A stretch of DNA of 54,762 nucleotides from Nemertoderma westbladi (taxonomy: Eukaryota > Animalia > Xenacoelomorpha): the NCBI GenBank assembly GCA_032718475.1, contig JAUCBJ010005616.1, positions 1-54,762 of the forward strand. Reading direction: 5' to 3'. Positions within the stretch are counted from its first letter, which is position 1. Each line of letters opens with the position of its first letter. Shown here piece by piece: positions 23,999 through 38,900 of this stretch. The notes under the pieces are model-generated. The model was not told the DNA's origin, did no database searches, and saw only the letters and a program-made list of their open reading frames with translations. The translations under genes were made by a program, and so were the position numbers.

Positions 23999-26900
23999 GT
24001 ACGTTTCAATAATTTATCTAATACCATATTATTTTCACTTTGCTAACTAAACTTGGTATGTAACTAATCGTGCATAATATTTGTCAAATTAATATTTAGA
24101 ATGTGTTTATTAAATTTGGGAAGATTATTCCACGTGCGGGAAATTACTTGTCATATAATTTTGTCAGAAACACATTTGTACAGCCACTTATATCAACGTT
24201 GTATTTTTCAGGTACTAAACCATTTCAACCGGGGAAGGGCGTAAAGGTACCACAAGAAAATATATCTAAAGCGCCATCTGATGACGCCGTGGTGAAACTA
24301 TCAAATAGCGATATTGAAAAAATTCCCGGATATGAGAACACCGTTTTATCACAAAATGGTGAGTTTAAACTACTTTTTATATTGTGACTTTTGGGCTTTG
24401 GTGAGCTCATTATTTATTTAATTAGATTAGCTGACACAAGAGAGAAATACAGTGCTACTATTATGAATTATTAACGTTGATTGTTACTGCCACGTGACAG
24501 TTGTCCTATAGAAATGAATTTCGATAATTATTCCCGGGGTGGTAAAGGATTATAATGTTAAAACACCAATACATAATAAATTGTATAAAATATGATATAT
24601 GATAATGATACATAAAACTTCCCTTACACTTACCACGACTGTTTTGTGATTGGGCCTTTGCAATGTAGACTAATTACATATCTATTAAAACTAATTATAC
24701 TTATTTGTGTGTAAATTAATAATTGTTTAGATGCTAAAGATCTTCCAGCACCGAAAACTGATCCCGCTGATATATCAGAAAAGCCGCCAGAACAGTATGA
24801 ACAGTAAGTTTAACTTGCAATTATTATTTCTATAATTACAATTCGACTGCCTATCAATATGGTGTAGGTACGACTCATAACCTCAGAGTGAATTAATGTG
24901 ATTCCGAAATTATGCGCGCCAATTATTCCAAACCAACCAATATTATATTTCTATTTTTTTACTCGAATTATATAACTTTCACAATGATTTAAAACAACTT
25001 TTATTTATTTCAATATATTTGTAGGAACTAGAAATTAATTATTGAATATTGACTCTTAATGTACGCAAAATGCCGGTTAAACAAAGTCGGATATTTTTCC
25101 GTGCAATAATGGGCAGTATATGGTCGAATATTTTAATATATTAATATTATTATTTATATATTTATATATTATTTATATTATTATTTATTATATTAATTCG
25201 AATATTCCAAGCGGTGAAGTTTTATTGATTACGAATTAAATATTGTAATTTTAGTGCTTCTGTTATCACTGAGGAAGATGCGGTAAATATCTTTCAGAAG
25301 TATACGTTCCGTAGATGTTGCTATGGCTCTGGACCAGCACAGAGTGGCGTTGTTACCTCGTACGCATCCGCCAACGCTTTCCGAGTGAGTGAATCTTTAT
25401 TCCCTTTTATATATTTTCCCAACGTCGTTATTTAAACACTCGATTGTTAAACCCACTAGATCACTTTCCTTTATTGGTACCACGGATTCGCGATTCCTTT
25501 GCAGATAAATTAATTAAACCAAAAAAATTAACCAACATTCGCCATTATTGGTCCGCGTAGCGAGACATCTAGTATTCACGCCGTTGTTGGGGATGTTGTT
25601 GTTGTTAATTTCTCGTTAGGTTTTGGTATTAAGGATTGATACGGCCCCAGTGGTTCAGTTGGCAGAGCGTGGGGCTTGTAATCTCTAGGTAACGTGTTCA
25701 ATCCCCCATTCCGGTGAATGTTTTTTGTTGTAAGTTTGGTAGTACAGCCATTCAAGGAGACAGTTCATGTGTTAGTAGACGCGGACCTTTGCGCGATTTC
25801 GCGCTTGTTTAACATCACAAACTGCAGTACCGGTACCGTATAACAGTTACATTATTAATCTTCGTCATTTCAGTTTTAAGGGGTAGAATTCGGAATAGTC
25901 CCTTTTCTAAAAAAAAATATAAAATGAATGCGGAAATGTAAACTGATTCCGCAACACCCGCCCGTTACACATAATCCATATTCATCCAAAAATGAATAAA
26001 GAGCTACCCAACCAATATTAATCTAATACTGCGTTTAGTATAAGTTTATCAGTAGTCGTACTGTAGGGCCAATATATGTACTACCACCGGGATCAGTACT
26101 CGCGGTTATTCTGAGTTAGAAGCACAACTAAAGACATTGGCTTATATTTTCAGTACGTACTGAAGTCGTTCACGGAATCTCGCTACGTTTATTGGAGATC
26201 CGAGCCGTACTTCGGACAGGTTATCGACGGTCCGTTTAATGGAGAAGCTCCTTCACCGTGGGACATCGAGGTGGAGCCCGATCGAATATTCCAGAAACAC
26301 ACCAAGTACCGAGAAATAGCACACACCGCTACCGTTAAGCCGTGCTTCAAGTGTATCGGTCAGGGATTTCTAAAGTGCAGCAAGTGTAGTGGTAAAGGAA
26401 CCGTGAGTAACTATTTATACAGATATACATCAGGTTATTATAGTAGAAACACGTCGGTAGACGGGACAGGCACTGTGCCGTGCCGTGCCGTGCCGTGCCG
26501 GTGCCGTGCCGTTGCCGTGCCGTGCCGTGCCGTGCCGTGCCGTGCCGTGCCGTGCCGTGCCGTGCCGTGCCGTGCCGTGCCGTGCCGTGCCGTGCCGTGC
26601 CGTGCCGTGCCGTGCCGTGCCGTGCCGTGCCGTGCCGTGCCGTGCCGTGCCGTGCCGTGCCGTGCCGTGCCGTGCCGTGCCGTGCCGTGCCGTGCCGTGC
26701 CGTGCCGTGCCGTGCCGTGCCGTGCCGTGCCGTGCCGTGCCGTGCCGTGCCGTGCCGTGCCGTGCCGTGCCGTGCCGTGCCGTGCCGTGCCGTGCCGTGC
26801 CGTGCCGTGCCGTGCCGTGCCGTGCCGTGCCGTGCCGTGCCGTGCCGTGCCGTGCCGTGCCGTGCCGTGCCGTGCCGTGCCGTGCCGTGCCGTGCCGTGC

Positions 26901-29900
26901 CGTGCCGTTACCCCCCCCATATTGGATATTATTTGCAGGATATAGAGCTAGTGATATAGATATTTTTACATCGATATAACAACAACGGTTAAGGACAGTA
27001 CCATAATTACAGGTGATGATAATTTTACTACGCAGGTCTAGTATGTAGCCCTGGCTGGGTTGGGTTATGCTATGCCATTGCTGCTGTAATATTCTGCAAA
27101 GAGTGGTTGCTATCAATATGAACTGTTCGCTTTTCAGATTATAATTATATAATATTTTTAGATATTTTGCTTAATTTAAATTTAAAATTAATATTTTGCT
27201 TTTAGATAATATTTTTTTTCCCGCGTAGAGACCGTGTAACACCTGTGGGGGTTCGGGAACTCAAACCGTAACGGGTTCGAGTAAACCACTACCTGACGGA
27301 ACGGTGCCGGAGCCGGTGGTAAAACCGTGTGGAACCTGTAAGTCCACCGGTCGAACCAAGTGTAAATTCTGTAACGGAGAAGGTGTTACAAAGTGCCGAC
27401 TCTGTCAGGGACATCGGATGCTAAAACACTATATCGAGATGAAAGTCGTGTTGTAAGTAATACATTGATGTCGCGTTAGAAATAAAAAAATAATGTAAAG
27501 TTTTCTCCGGCCGATAGGCCAGGGGTTACGCACAAAGTCCTCAAACGTATTTCCAGTGCGGTCTCCCCAGAACTATACTCCCTAGAGGAAATTCCAGTAC
27601 TCATTTAGCTACCACTTAAGAATGCAAGGCAAAGGTGCGCCATGGCTAGTCCCTTTAAACCATTCGCGCCGAAACGAAAACTGCCCTGGCCCTTGGCTGG
27701 TATCGAATCCACGACCTGCGGAGAGATGTGAATACAATGCAACTACTACTACACCAGGGTGGCACTTAAGTTTAAATAATACATCATTATAATTTTTGTC
27801 GTGTTGTATGTATTACATAACAACATTATATTAATTTACTTTACTACATTACCTATGGGAAGTGCACATAGAAGAGACAGTCATATCAGTGCAGATACGT
27901 TCAGTGATGGATGTAGTTCTGTATTTGAAGTTTATAATTGAACGTAGCTGTGGAGGGGGTATGTGGCCAGTGCTCTGTGATATCCACTTGAAATTCCCTT
28001 ACTTACGTAAGTGGGAGTTACCCATGTTCATGTTGAGTTGTGAGGCAATGCGGAAAGGTAACTGTAGCTCGAGACTGGGGCAATCAAGTGCTCTAACTAA
28101 GGTTCTATAGCAACTCCGATAGGCAATGATCGATAATTGTGGGGTACCAGAGAGTAGATATAGTGTATTATTCTCCAAATAGTTCCCAAGAAGTAAGAGG
28201 CCGCGTTGCACCTAGCGGTGGTAGGCGTCGAGTTTGTCGATATCCTTTCGGCGTAGGGATACAATAGTCAGAGTTAATCTGTAGATTATGACAGGGACGG
28301 CGAGTGTATTCCACATCTTAAAGATGGTCTCTAGGTTGAGCCACCTTGCTGTCCATCCTTTGGTATGGAACACTTGCGACAACATGTTTATTGTCTGGAT
28401 AACATCATGGAGGTTGCTAGCGGGGTTAGAATTTCCCAGTTTGTGTCCGAGGAATTTCAGATGGTCCGACATTTCGATTAGTGATCCGTTGACTGTAATG
28501 AAACATTCCTTGTGGGTCATATAGTTACGGTTTAGGATCGTCCATTTTGTTTTCTTCATGTCGATTTGGAGGGATATCTGAGCGGCTTCCTGTATGAGTA
28601 TTTCGCACATCTTCTCGACGGATTTAAGCGAGGTTCCCAGGAGTAGGTAATCGTCAGCATAGGCCACTGTACCAAGCCAGGATGTGTCAATTCGGCATCC
28701 GAGGTTACTATGTTATATTCCGCTTCTGATGTTGGAGGTGTAAAGATTGCAGAGGATGGGTGAAATGAGTGATCCCTGTTTCAATCCCCGCGAGACTTTT
28801 ATTGGGGTTGGGTCGACTAGATCGCCAAATTTGAGGAAGACTTTGCTCGATCCAAAGTAAGCTGAGATAAGGCAAATTATGTTAGGATTAACATTGTTGT
28901 TCAGCATCTTTTCTACTAAGATATTGTGGTCAACGTTATCGAAAGCCGCCTCAATGTCAAGTTGGCAAACGTATACTGGCGATCTTTTCGATGTGTTTTG
29001 TTCCACCGTTTCCAGTATTGTAGCGACTACTATGTCAGTGCTGTGTTTTCTCTTGTAGGCAGTTTTGTTCCCATGTGAGGTCAAGTTGTTTAGATAGTCA
29101 GCTAGAAGGATATGTTTGAGCACCTTGGCAAGTAGGCTGATGGATTAGACGGGCCTGTATGATGTAGGTTCTTGGGTAGAGCGACCCTTTCCTTTGTAGA
29201 TACTTGATATCACTGTATGACCAAATGCAGAGGGGACCGATGATGAGTCGGGCAAGTGTGTCAGAAATTGGATCAGGATTAAGGGATAGGAGGTGTTCAA
29301 CAGTCATAGATACATAGTCAGGGGCCTTGCCTCTGGAAAGTGAAGATATCGCCCGTTTAACTGCGAGGGGGGTTAGGGAGGTTAACTGAAACTAAATATT
29401 AGGTAACTTACTGCGTTTGTATTAAAAAAAAAAATTAAGGCCTAGAGATAACAATATGGTTAATAATTGTTAAAGTCTTTATTTCATTGTCATTTTGCAG
29501 CAAAAACCGAATTGATACTCACGTACAGGAGGGAACTGATATACCCGACGATATGGTAACCATGGCATCAGCTGACGTACTTTTCGATCAGACCCTGGAA
29601 ATGGTTTATCCAATCAGCGAATCTCCTTGGTCCGACATTAACTCGAACTCACAGAGACTGATCCAGCACCATACTACTGCCTTCCCAAACGAGCGAATAC
29701 TGAAACAGGTTCGTTTCTAATTGTAATTGTAATTAAGAAATGATTTAATTCGTCACATTTTAACATAATTTTCTCACAGACACAACCTCCGATGTATCCC
29801 TGTATTCACCTTCTTGTGGGGCGAGCCACGAAGTTGGCGGAGCCTTAGCGAATTGACACTGTTAGGGGGTGGGTCAATTTATGCAAATAGTTGTCGTCGT

Positions 29901-32900
29901 CGTCGTCGTCGTTGTCGTCGTCGTCGTTGTCGTCGTCGTCGTCGTCGTCGTCGTTACGATTTTGACATGCTAATAACTTTGTCGGATTTAAAGCTGCCAA
30001 GTTGAAAATTTGTAGGTATCAATATGAGCAAAAGTTGAGATTTTTGAGAGACTTTCAGACACCATCAGTGCAATGGTCTCCCGCTAGAGGGCCACATGTC
30101 TAAACATTAAATGCCCTCCCATTTCTTTGCTTTTAATCCGTTTAAGCTGAAACTTGGCAGATATGTATTAGACCATTAGCTGTGACTTTCAAAGGAGGCG
30201 AATCCATCTGCAGTTCTCCAGTCTGCCGCTAGAGGGCCAAAGGTCTGAAAGTGAAATCGTTGTCGTCGTTACGATTTTGACATGCTAATAACTTTGTCGG
30301 ATTTAAAGCTGCCAAGTTGAAAATTTGTAGGTATCAATATGAGCTAAAGTTGAGATTTTTGAGAGACTTTCAGACACCATCAGTGCAATGGTCTCCCGCT
30401 AGAGGGCCACATGTCTAAACATTAAATGCCCTCCCATTTCTTTGCTTTTAATCCGTTTAAGCTGAAACTTGGCAGATATGTATTAGACCATTAGCTGTGA
30501 CTTTCAAAGGAGGCGAATCCATCTGCAGTTCTCCAGTCTGCCGCTAGAGGGCCAAATGTCTGAAAGTGAAATCGTTGTCGTCGTTATGATATTGACATGC
30601 TTATAACTTTGTCGAATTTAAAGCTGCCAAGTTGAAAATTTGTTTTGTTGAAAATCAGTTCAACAGTCACCCGCTATAGGACTACTTTATGCCTGAAAGT
30701 GAATAGATTCTCCCGTCTCATTGATTTTAATCAGTTTAAGCTGAATCTTGCCATATATTCTGGACCACATGCTGCGTCTTTGTGGGGGGGGGGGGGGGGG
30801 GGGGGGAGATTTAATCGGTCTGCCGCTATACGACGAAATTTCTGAAAGTGAGATCCGTCTCTCATTTCGTTATCCGTTATTCAAGATGAAACTTGGCCGA
30901 TGTACGTATGTACTATTCATCCATAGGCTGTGTCTTTGTGGGGCTGGAGACCCTAATCCATCTTCAGTTCTCACTATACCGCTAGAGTCAGAAATGTCTG
31001 AATAGAAATGAAAGAGGTAAAAAGTGATTAGGCGAAATCTGCTTAAAATTTGCTAATACAGTAATACTTTCGAATTAGTACTTAAATTAAATTTAAGTCA
31101 CGTGCTGCGCGAAGGCCCCACTTCGTGTCTTACAGACACACAACCTCCGATGTATCCATGTATTCACCTTCTTGTCTTACATACACACAACCTCCGATGT
31201 ATCCCTGTATTCACATTTTTGTCTTACAGACACACAACCTCCGATGTATCCCTGTATTCACATTTTTGTCTTACAGACACACAACCTCCGATGTATCCCT
31301 GTATTCACCTTTTTGTCTTACAGACACACAACCTCCGATGTATCCCTGTATTCACCTTTTTGTCTTACAGACACACAACCTCCGATGTATCCCTGTATTC
31401 ACCTTTTTGTCTTACAGACACACAACCTCCGATGTATCCATGTATTCACATTTTTGTCTTACAGACACACAACCTCCGATGTATCCCTGTATTCACATTC
31501 TTGTCTTACAGACACACAACCTCCGATGTATCCCTGTATTCACCTTTTTGTCTTACAGACACACAACCTCCGATGTATCCATGTATTCACATTTTTGTCT
31601 TACAGACACACAACCTCCGATGTATCCCTGTATTCACATTCTTGTCTTACAGACACACAACCTCCGATGTATCCCTGTATTCACATTTTTGTCTTACAGA
31701 CACACAACCTCCGATGTATCCCTGTATTCACATTCTTGTCTTACAGACACACAACCTCCGATGTATCCCTGTATTCACCTTTTTGTCTTACAGACACACA
31801 ACCTCCGATGTATCCCTGTATTCACATTTTTGTCTTACAGACACACAACCTCCGATGTATCCCTGTATTCACATTCTTGTCTTACAGACACACAACCTCC
31901 GATGTATCCCTGTATTCACATTTTTGTCTTACAGACACACAACCTCCGATGTATCCCTGTATTCACATTCTTGTCTTACAGACACACAACCTCCAATGTA
32001 TCCCTGTATTCACATTCTTGTCTTACAGACACACAACCTCCGATGTATCCCTGTATTCACCTTTTTGTCTTACAGACACACAACCTCCGATGTATCCCTG
32101 TATTCACATTCTTGTCTTACAGACACACAACCTCCGATGTATCCCTATATTCACCTTTTTGTCTTACAGACACACAACCTCCAATGTATCCCTGTATTCA
32201 CATTCTTGTCTTACAGACACACAACCTCCGATGTATCCCTGTATTCACCTTTTTGTCTTACAGACACACAACCTCCGATGTATCCCTGTATTCACATTCT
32301 TGTCTTACAGACACACAACCTCCAATGTATCCCTGTATTCACCTTCTTGTCTTACAGACACACAACCTCCGATGTATCCCTGTATTCACCTTTTTGTCTT
32401 ACAGACACACAACCTCCGATGTATCCCTGTATTCACCTTTTTGTCTTACAGACACACAACCTCCGATGTATCCCTGTATTCACATTTTTGTCTTACAGAC
32501 ACACAACCTCCGATGTATCCCTGTATTCACATTCTTGTCTTACAGACACACAACCTCCGATGTATCCCTGTATTCACATTCTTGTCTTACAGACACACAA
32601 CCTCCGATGTATCCCTGTATTCACCTTTTTGTCTTACAGACACACAACCTCCGATGTATCCCTGTATTCACCTTCTTGTCTTACAGACACACAACCTCCG
32701 ATGTATCCCTGTATTCACATTTTTGTCTTACAGACACACAACCTCCGATGTATCCCTGTATTCACATTCTTGTCTTACAGACACACAACCTCCGATGTAT
32801 CCCTGTATTCAAATTCTTGTCTTACAGACACACAACCTCCAATGTATCCCTGTATTCACATTCTTGTCTTACAGACACACAACCTCCAATGTATCCCTGT

Positions 32901-35900
32901 ATTCACATTCTTGTCTTACAGACACACAACCTCCGATGTATCCCTGTATTCACATTCTTGTCTTACAGACACACAACCTCCGATGTATCCCTGTATTCAA
33001 ATTCTTGTCTTACAGACACACAACCTCCAATGTATCCCTGTATTCAAATTCTTGTCTTACAGACACACAACCTCCAATGTATCCCTGTATTCACATTCTT
33101 GTCTTACAAACACACAACCTCCGATGTATCCCTGTATTCAAATTCTTGTCTTACAGACACACAACCTCCAATGTATCCCTGTATTCACATTCTTGTCTTA
33201 CAGACACACAACCTCCAATGTATCCCTGTATTCACATTCTTGTCTTACAGACACACAACCTCCGATGTATCCCTGTATTCACATTTTTGTCTTACAGACA
33301 CACAACCTCCGATGTATCCCTGTATTCAAATTCTTGTCTTACAGACACACAACCTCCAATGTATCCCTGTATTCAAATTCTTGTCTTACAGACACACAAC
33401 CTCCAATGTATCCCTGTATTCACATTCTTGTCTTACAAACACACAACCTCCGATGTATCCCTGTATTCAAATTCTTGTCTTACAGACACACAACCTCCAA
33501 TGTATCCCTGTATTCACATTCTTGTCTTACAGACACACAACCTCCAATGTATCCCTGTATTCACATTCTTGTCTTACAGACACACAACCTCCGATGTATC
33601 CCTGTATTCACCTTCTTGTCTTACAGACACACAACCTCCGATGTATCCCTATATTCACCTTTTTGTCTTACAGACACACAACCTCCAATGTATCCCTGTA
33701 TTCACATTCTTGTCTTACAGACACACAACCTCCGATGTATCCATGTATTCACCTTTTTGTCTTACAGACACACAACCTCCGATGTATCCCTATATTCACC
33801 TTTTTGTCTTACAGACACACAACCTCCAATGTATCCCTGTATTCACATTCTTGTCTTACAGACACACAACCTCCGATGTATCCATGTATTCACCTTTTTG
33901 TCTTACAGACACACAACCTCCGATGTATCCCTATATTCACCTTTTTGTCTTACAGACACACAACCTCCAATGTATCCCTGTATTCACATTCTTGTCTTAC
34001 AGACACACAACCTCCGATGTATCCCTGTATTCACATTCTTGTCTTACAGACACACAACCTCCGATGTATCCATGTATTCACCTTTTTGTCTTACAGACAC
34101 ACAACCTCCGATGTATCCCTGTATTCACCTTTTTGTCTTACAGACACACAACCTCCGATGTATCCCTGTATTCACATTTTTGTCTTACAGACACACAACC
34201 TCCGATGTATCCCTGTATTCACCTTTTTGTCTTACAGACACACAACCTCCGATGTATCCCTGTATTCACCTTTTTGTCTTACAGACACACAACCTCCGAT
34301 GTATCCCTGTATTCACCTTTTTGTCTTACAGACACACAACCTCCGATGTATCCCTGTATTCACATTCTTGTCTTACAGACACACAACCTCCGATGTATCC
34401 CTGTATTCACATTCTTGTCTTACAGACACACAACCTCCGATGTATCCCTGTATTCACCTTCTTGTCTTACAGACACACAACCTCCGATGTATCCCTGTAT
34501 TCACCTTTTTGTCTTACAGACACACAACCTCCAATGTATCCCTGTATTCACATTCTTGTCTTACAGACACACAACCTCCGATGTATCCCTGTATTCACCT
34601 TTTTGTCTTACAGACACACAACCTCCGATGTATCCCTGTATTCACCTTTTTGTCTTACAGACACACAACCTCCGATGTATCCCTGTATTCACCTTTTTGT
34701 CTTACAGACACACAACCTCCAATGTATCCCTGTATTCACATTCTTGTCTTACAGACACACAACCTCCGATGTATCCCTGTATTCACCTTCTTGTCTTACA
34801 GACACACAACCTCCGATGTATCCCTATATTCACCTTTTTGTCTTACAGACACACAACCTCCAATGTATCCCTGTATTCACATTCTTGTCTTACAGACACA
34901 CAACCTCCGATGTATCCCTGTATTCACATTCTTGTCTTACAGACACACCACCTCCGATGTATCCCTGTATTCACATTCTTGTCTTACAGACACACAACCT
35001 CCGATGTATCCCTGTATTCACCTTCTTGTCTTACAGACACACAACCTCCGATGTATCCCTGTATTCACATTCTTGTCTTACAGACACACCACCTCCGATG
35101 TATCCCTGTATTCACATTCTTGTCTTACAGATACACAACCTCCGATGTATCCCTGTATTCACCTTCTTGTCTTACAGACACACAACCTCCGATGTATCCC
35201 TATATTCACCTTTTTGTCTTACAGACACACAACCTCCGATGTATCCCTGTATTCACATTCTTGTCTTACAGACACACAACCTCCAATGTATCCCTGTATT
35301 CACATTCTTGTCTTACAGACACACAACCTCCGATGTATCCCTGTATTCACATTTTTGTCTTACAGACACACAACCTCCGATGTATCCCTGTATTCAAATT
35401 CTTGTCTTACAGACACACAACCTCCGATGTATCCCTGTATTCAAATTCTTGTCTTACAGACACACAACCTCCAATGTATCCCTGTATTCAAATTCTTGTC
35501 TTACAGACACACAACCTCCAATGTATCCCTGTATTCACATTCTTGTCTTACAAACACACAACCTCCGATGTATCCCTGTATTCAAATTCTTGTCTTACAG
35601 ACACACAACCTCCAATGTATCCCTGTATTCACATTCTTGTCTTACAGACACACAACCTCCAATGTATCCCTGTATTCACATTCTTGTCTTACAGACACAC
35701 AACCTCCGATGTATCCCTGTATTCACCTTCTTGTCTTACAGACACACAACCTCCGATGTATCCCTATATTCACCTTTTTGTCTTACAGACACACAACCTC
35801 CAATGTATCCCTGTATTCACATTCTTGTCTTACAGACACACAACCTCCAATGTATCCCTGTATTCACATTCTTGTCTTACAGACACACAACCTCCGATGT

Positions 35901-38900
35901 ATCCCTGTATTCACATTCTTGTCTTACAGACACACAACCTCCGATGTATCCCTGTATTCAAATTCTTGTCTTACAGACACACAACCTCCAATGTATCCCT
36001 GTATTCAAATTCTTGTCTTACAGACACACAACCTCCAATGTATCCCTGTATTCACATTCTTGTCTTACAAACACACAACCTCCGATGTATCCCTGTATTC
36101 AAATTCTTGTCTTACAGACACACAACCTCCAATGTATCCCTGTATTCACATTCTTGTCTTACAGACACACAACCTCCAATGTATCCCTGTATTCACATTC
36201 TTGTCTTACAGACACACAACCTCCGATGTATCCCTGTATTCACCTTTTTGTCTTACAGACACACAACCTCCGATGTATCCCTGTATTCACATTTTTGTCT
36301 TACAGACACACAACCTCCGATGTATCCCTATATTCACCTTTTTGTCTTACAGACACACAACCTCCAATGTATCCCTGTATTCACATTCTTGTCTTACAGA
36401 CACACAACCTCCGATGTATCCCTGTATTCACATTCTTGTCTTACAGACACACAACCTCCGATGTATCCATGTATTCACCTTTTTGTCTTACAGACACACA
36501 ACCTCCGATGTATCCCTGTATTCACCTTTTTGTCTTACAGACACACAACCTCCGATGTATCCCTGTATTCACATTTTTGTCTTACAGACACACAACCTCC
36601 GATGTATCCCTGTATTCACCTTTTTGTCTTACAGACACACAACCCCCGATGTATCCCTGTATTCACATTCTTGTCTTACAGACACACAACCTCCGATGTA
36701 TCCATGTATTCACATTCTTGTCTTACAGACACACAACCTCCGATGTATCCCTGTATTCACCTTTTTGTCTTACAGACACACAACCTCCGATGTATCCCTG
36801 TATTCACATTTTTGTCTTACAGACACACAACCTCCGATGTATCCATGTATTCACATTCTTGTCTTACAGACACACCACCTCCGATGTATCCCTGTATTCA
36901 CATTCTTGTCTTACAGACACACAACCTCCGATGTATCCCTGTATTCACCTTTTTGTCTTACAGACACACAACCTCCGATGTATCCCTGTATTCACATTTT
37001 TGTCTTACAGACACACAACCTCCGATGTATCCCTGTATTCACATTCTTGTCTTACAGACACACAACCTCCGATGTATCCATGTATTCACATTCTTGTCTT
37101 ACAGACACACAACCTCCGATGTATCCCTGTATTCACCTTTTTGTCTTACAGACACACAACCTCCGATGTATCCCTGTATTCACATTTTTGTCTTACAGAC
37201 ACACAACCTCCGATGTATCCATGTATTCACATTTTTGTCTTACAGACACACAACCTCCGATGTATCCCTGTATTCACATTTTTGTCTTACAGACACACAA
37301 CCTCCGATGTATCCCTGTATTCACATTCTTGTCTTACAGACACACAACCTCCGATGTATCCCTGTATTCACCTTTTTGTCTTACAGACACACAACCTCCG
37401 ATGTATCCATGTATTCACATTCTTGTCTTACAGACACACAACCTCCAATGTATCCCTGTATTCACCTTTTTGTCTTACAGACACACAACCTCCGATGTAT
37501 CCATGTGTACGCGCTTTTGAAGACCTTTAGCAGTTTAACCTGCCAAAATTTATATGTCTTTTGATTTATAAATATACTTTAGAAGATGACAAATATTTAA
37601 TACCAATAAACACAACATTAGCAGAAGCCAGCCTAGTGCGCGTCCATTCACCCGCTGGATAATCCCGGGAGACTGGATTCTGTCGGCTTAGATTATTATT
37701 GCAGTGAAGCTTACGGTATTGTATTATTCGATTGATCGTTAATAATTAATTTCTGACTAATATTATTCACTTTCGGGAAATATTAACAGTTCCTTTTAGG
37801 ACGTGGCGCTCTATCTAAGTAAACAGAGATATGACTTATACCAATCACAACGGTAAGTCGGTAAGGCTTATGATTCACGTATGAGGCGTATTCTTTAGGA
37901 AATGCTTAGTTATCAGCCACAATCATGCACACTACCGGTAACGCACAATACTGCTCACTAATTTGCCGACCGTCAATGAATTTTATCATATATAAAGAGA
38001 ATAGCAACGGACTCATGTAGGGCTTATCAAATAGCATTAAATTCAATACACACCACAATAATATAAGTCGCAATCGCTATATATATAACCCGCCTCTCTA
38101 ACCTGTAGTGTATCAAGAAAATTGGGAAATTTGGGTTCTTTATAAATGTTCTCCAAATAATATTCAATCCACTGATATAAGATATGACAACAGTAAAAAC
38201 ATTAAGACGGTAGGTTAAGATATGATATGAACCGATATGTACAGTGATATGCACTGATATGGACCGATATGTGAGTTGTTATGAACCGTGAATTGATATG
38301 TGAATTGATAACAGTCATACGCTCTATAATCTTAAGCCTACTAATGTTTCTTTCTAGAGCCGTTGTTTCTGGCTTAGACAGCAATAACAACAAAGTATCA
38401 GTAAAAAACTGTAAGACTGAACAATCCCAGTATGATCGGCTCAAAGCTCCACATCGACAGAGAGAATCGCTCTGATTGGCTGAAGCCAAACAAAGAACCA
38501 TGCGTCCAATGGCTGTTTCCATTTAAGCAACCGGCTGTTAGATGTCGTAATCTGAATCATCACGGCTAAGCTGTGTAAAAGTATTTGCCGTATTGCGGGT
38601 TTTTTGCCTTACCATGTCCGCTAAAACACGTATATAGCAGAATGACTTTTATGTCCGTTAAAACACCTGTAACGGTACCTTGCGGGCGAGGGGAATATAT
38701 ATACAGTTAGAGAACCTTTTTTAGAGTATTCCAGCGCCTGGGGGGAAACTGGATTGCGAAGCAAAGGGGCCAGTTATATCCCACAGAAGCTTTTACACCG
38801 CTCCCAGAAAATGGGATTTGAGTCTATGAAATATACAAAATCACAGTTTCTAATATACGTAAATACTCTAAACGGTTAGTCTTTCTTGCGCGGACGGCGT

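Noticed and set aside
25643-25716. Functional tRNA-Thr gene
   Set aside because: The acceptor and T stems do not pair properly, so it is treated as a tRNA-derived relic.
26430-27116. CRAVP / GTARH repeat proteins
   Set aside because: These are translations of the (GTGCC)n microsatellite. The real exon ends at the 26402 donor.
31102-37564. Three overlapping ORFs of over 2100 aa as stand-alone genes
   Set aside because: They follow automatically from a stop-free 47-bp unit. All frames encode the same repeat and have no independent gene structure.
38027-38522. Short ORFs inside the LTRs (also 48711-49206)
   Set aside because: No recognisable motifs, and they are duplicated only because the LTR is.
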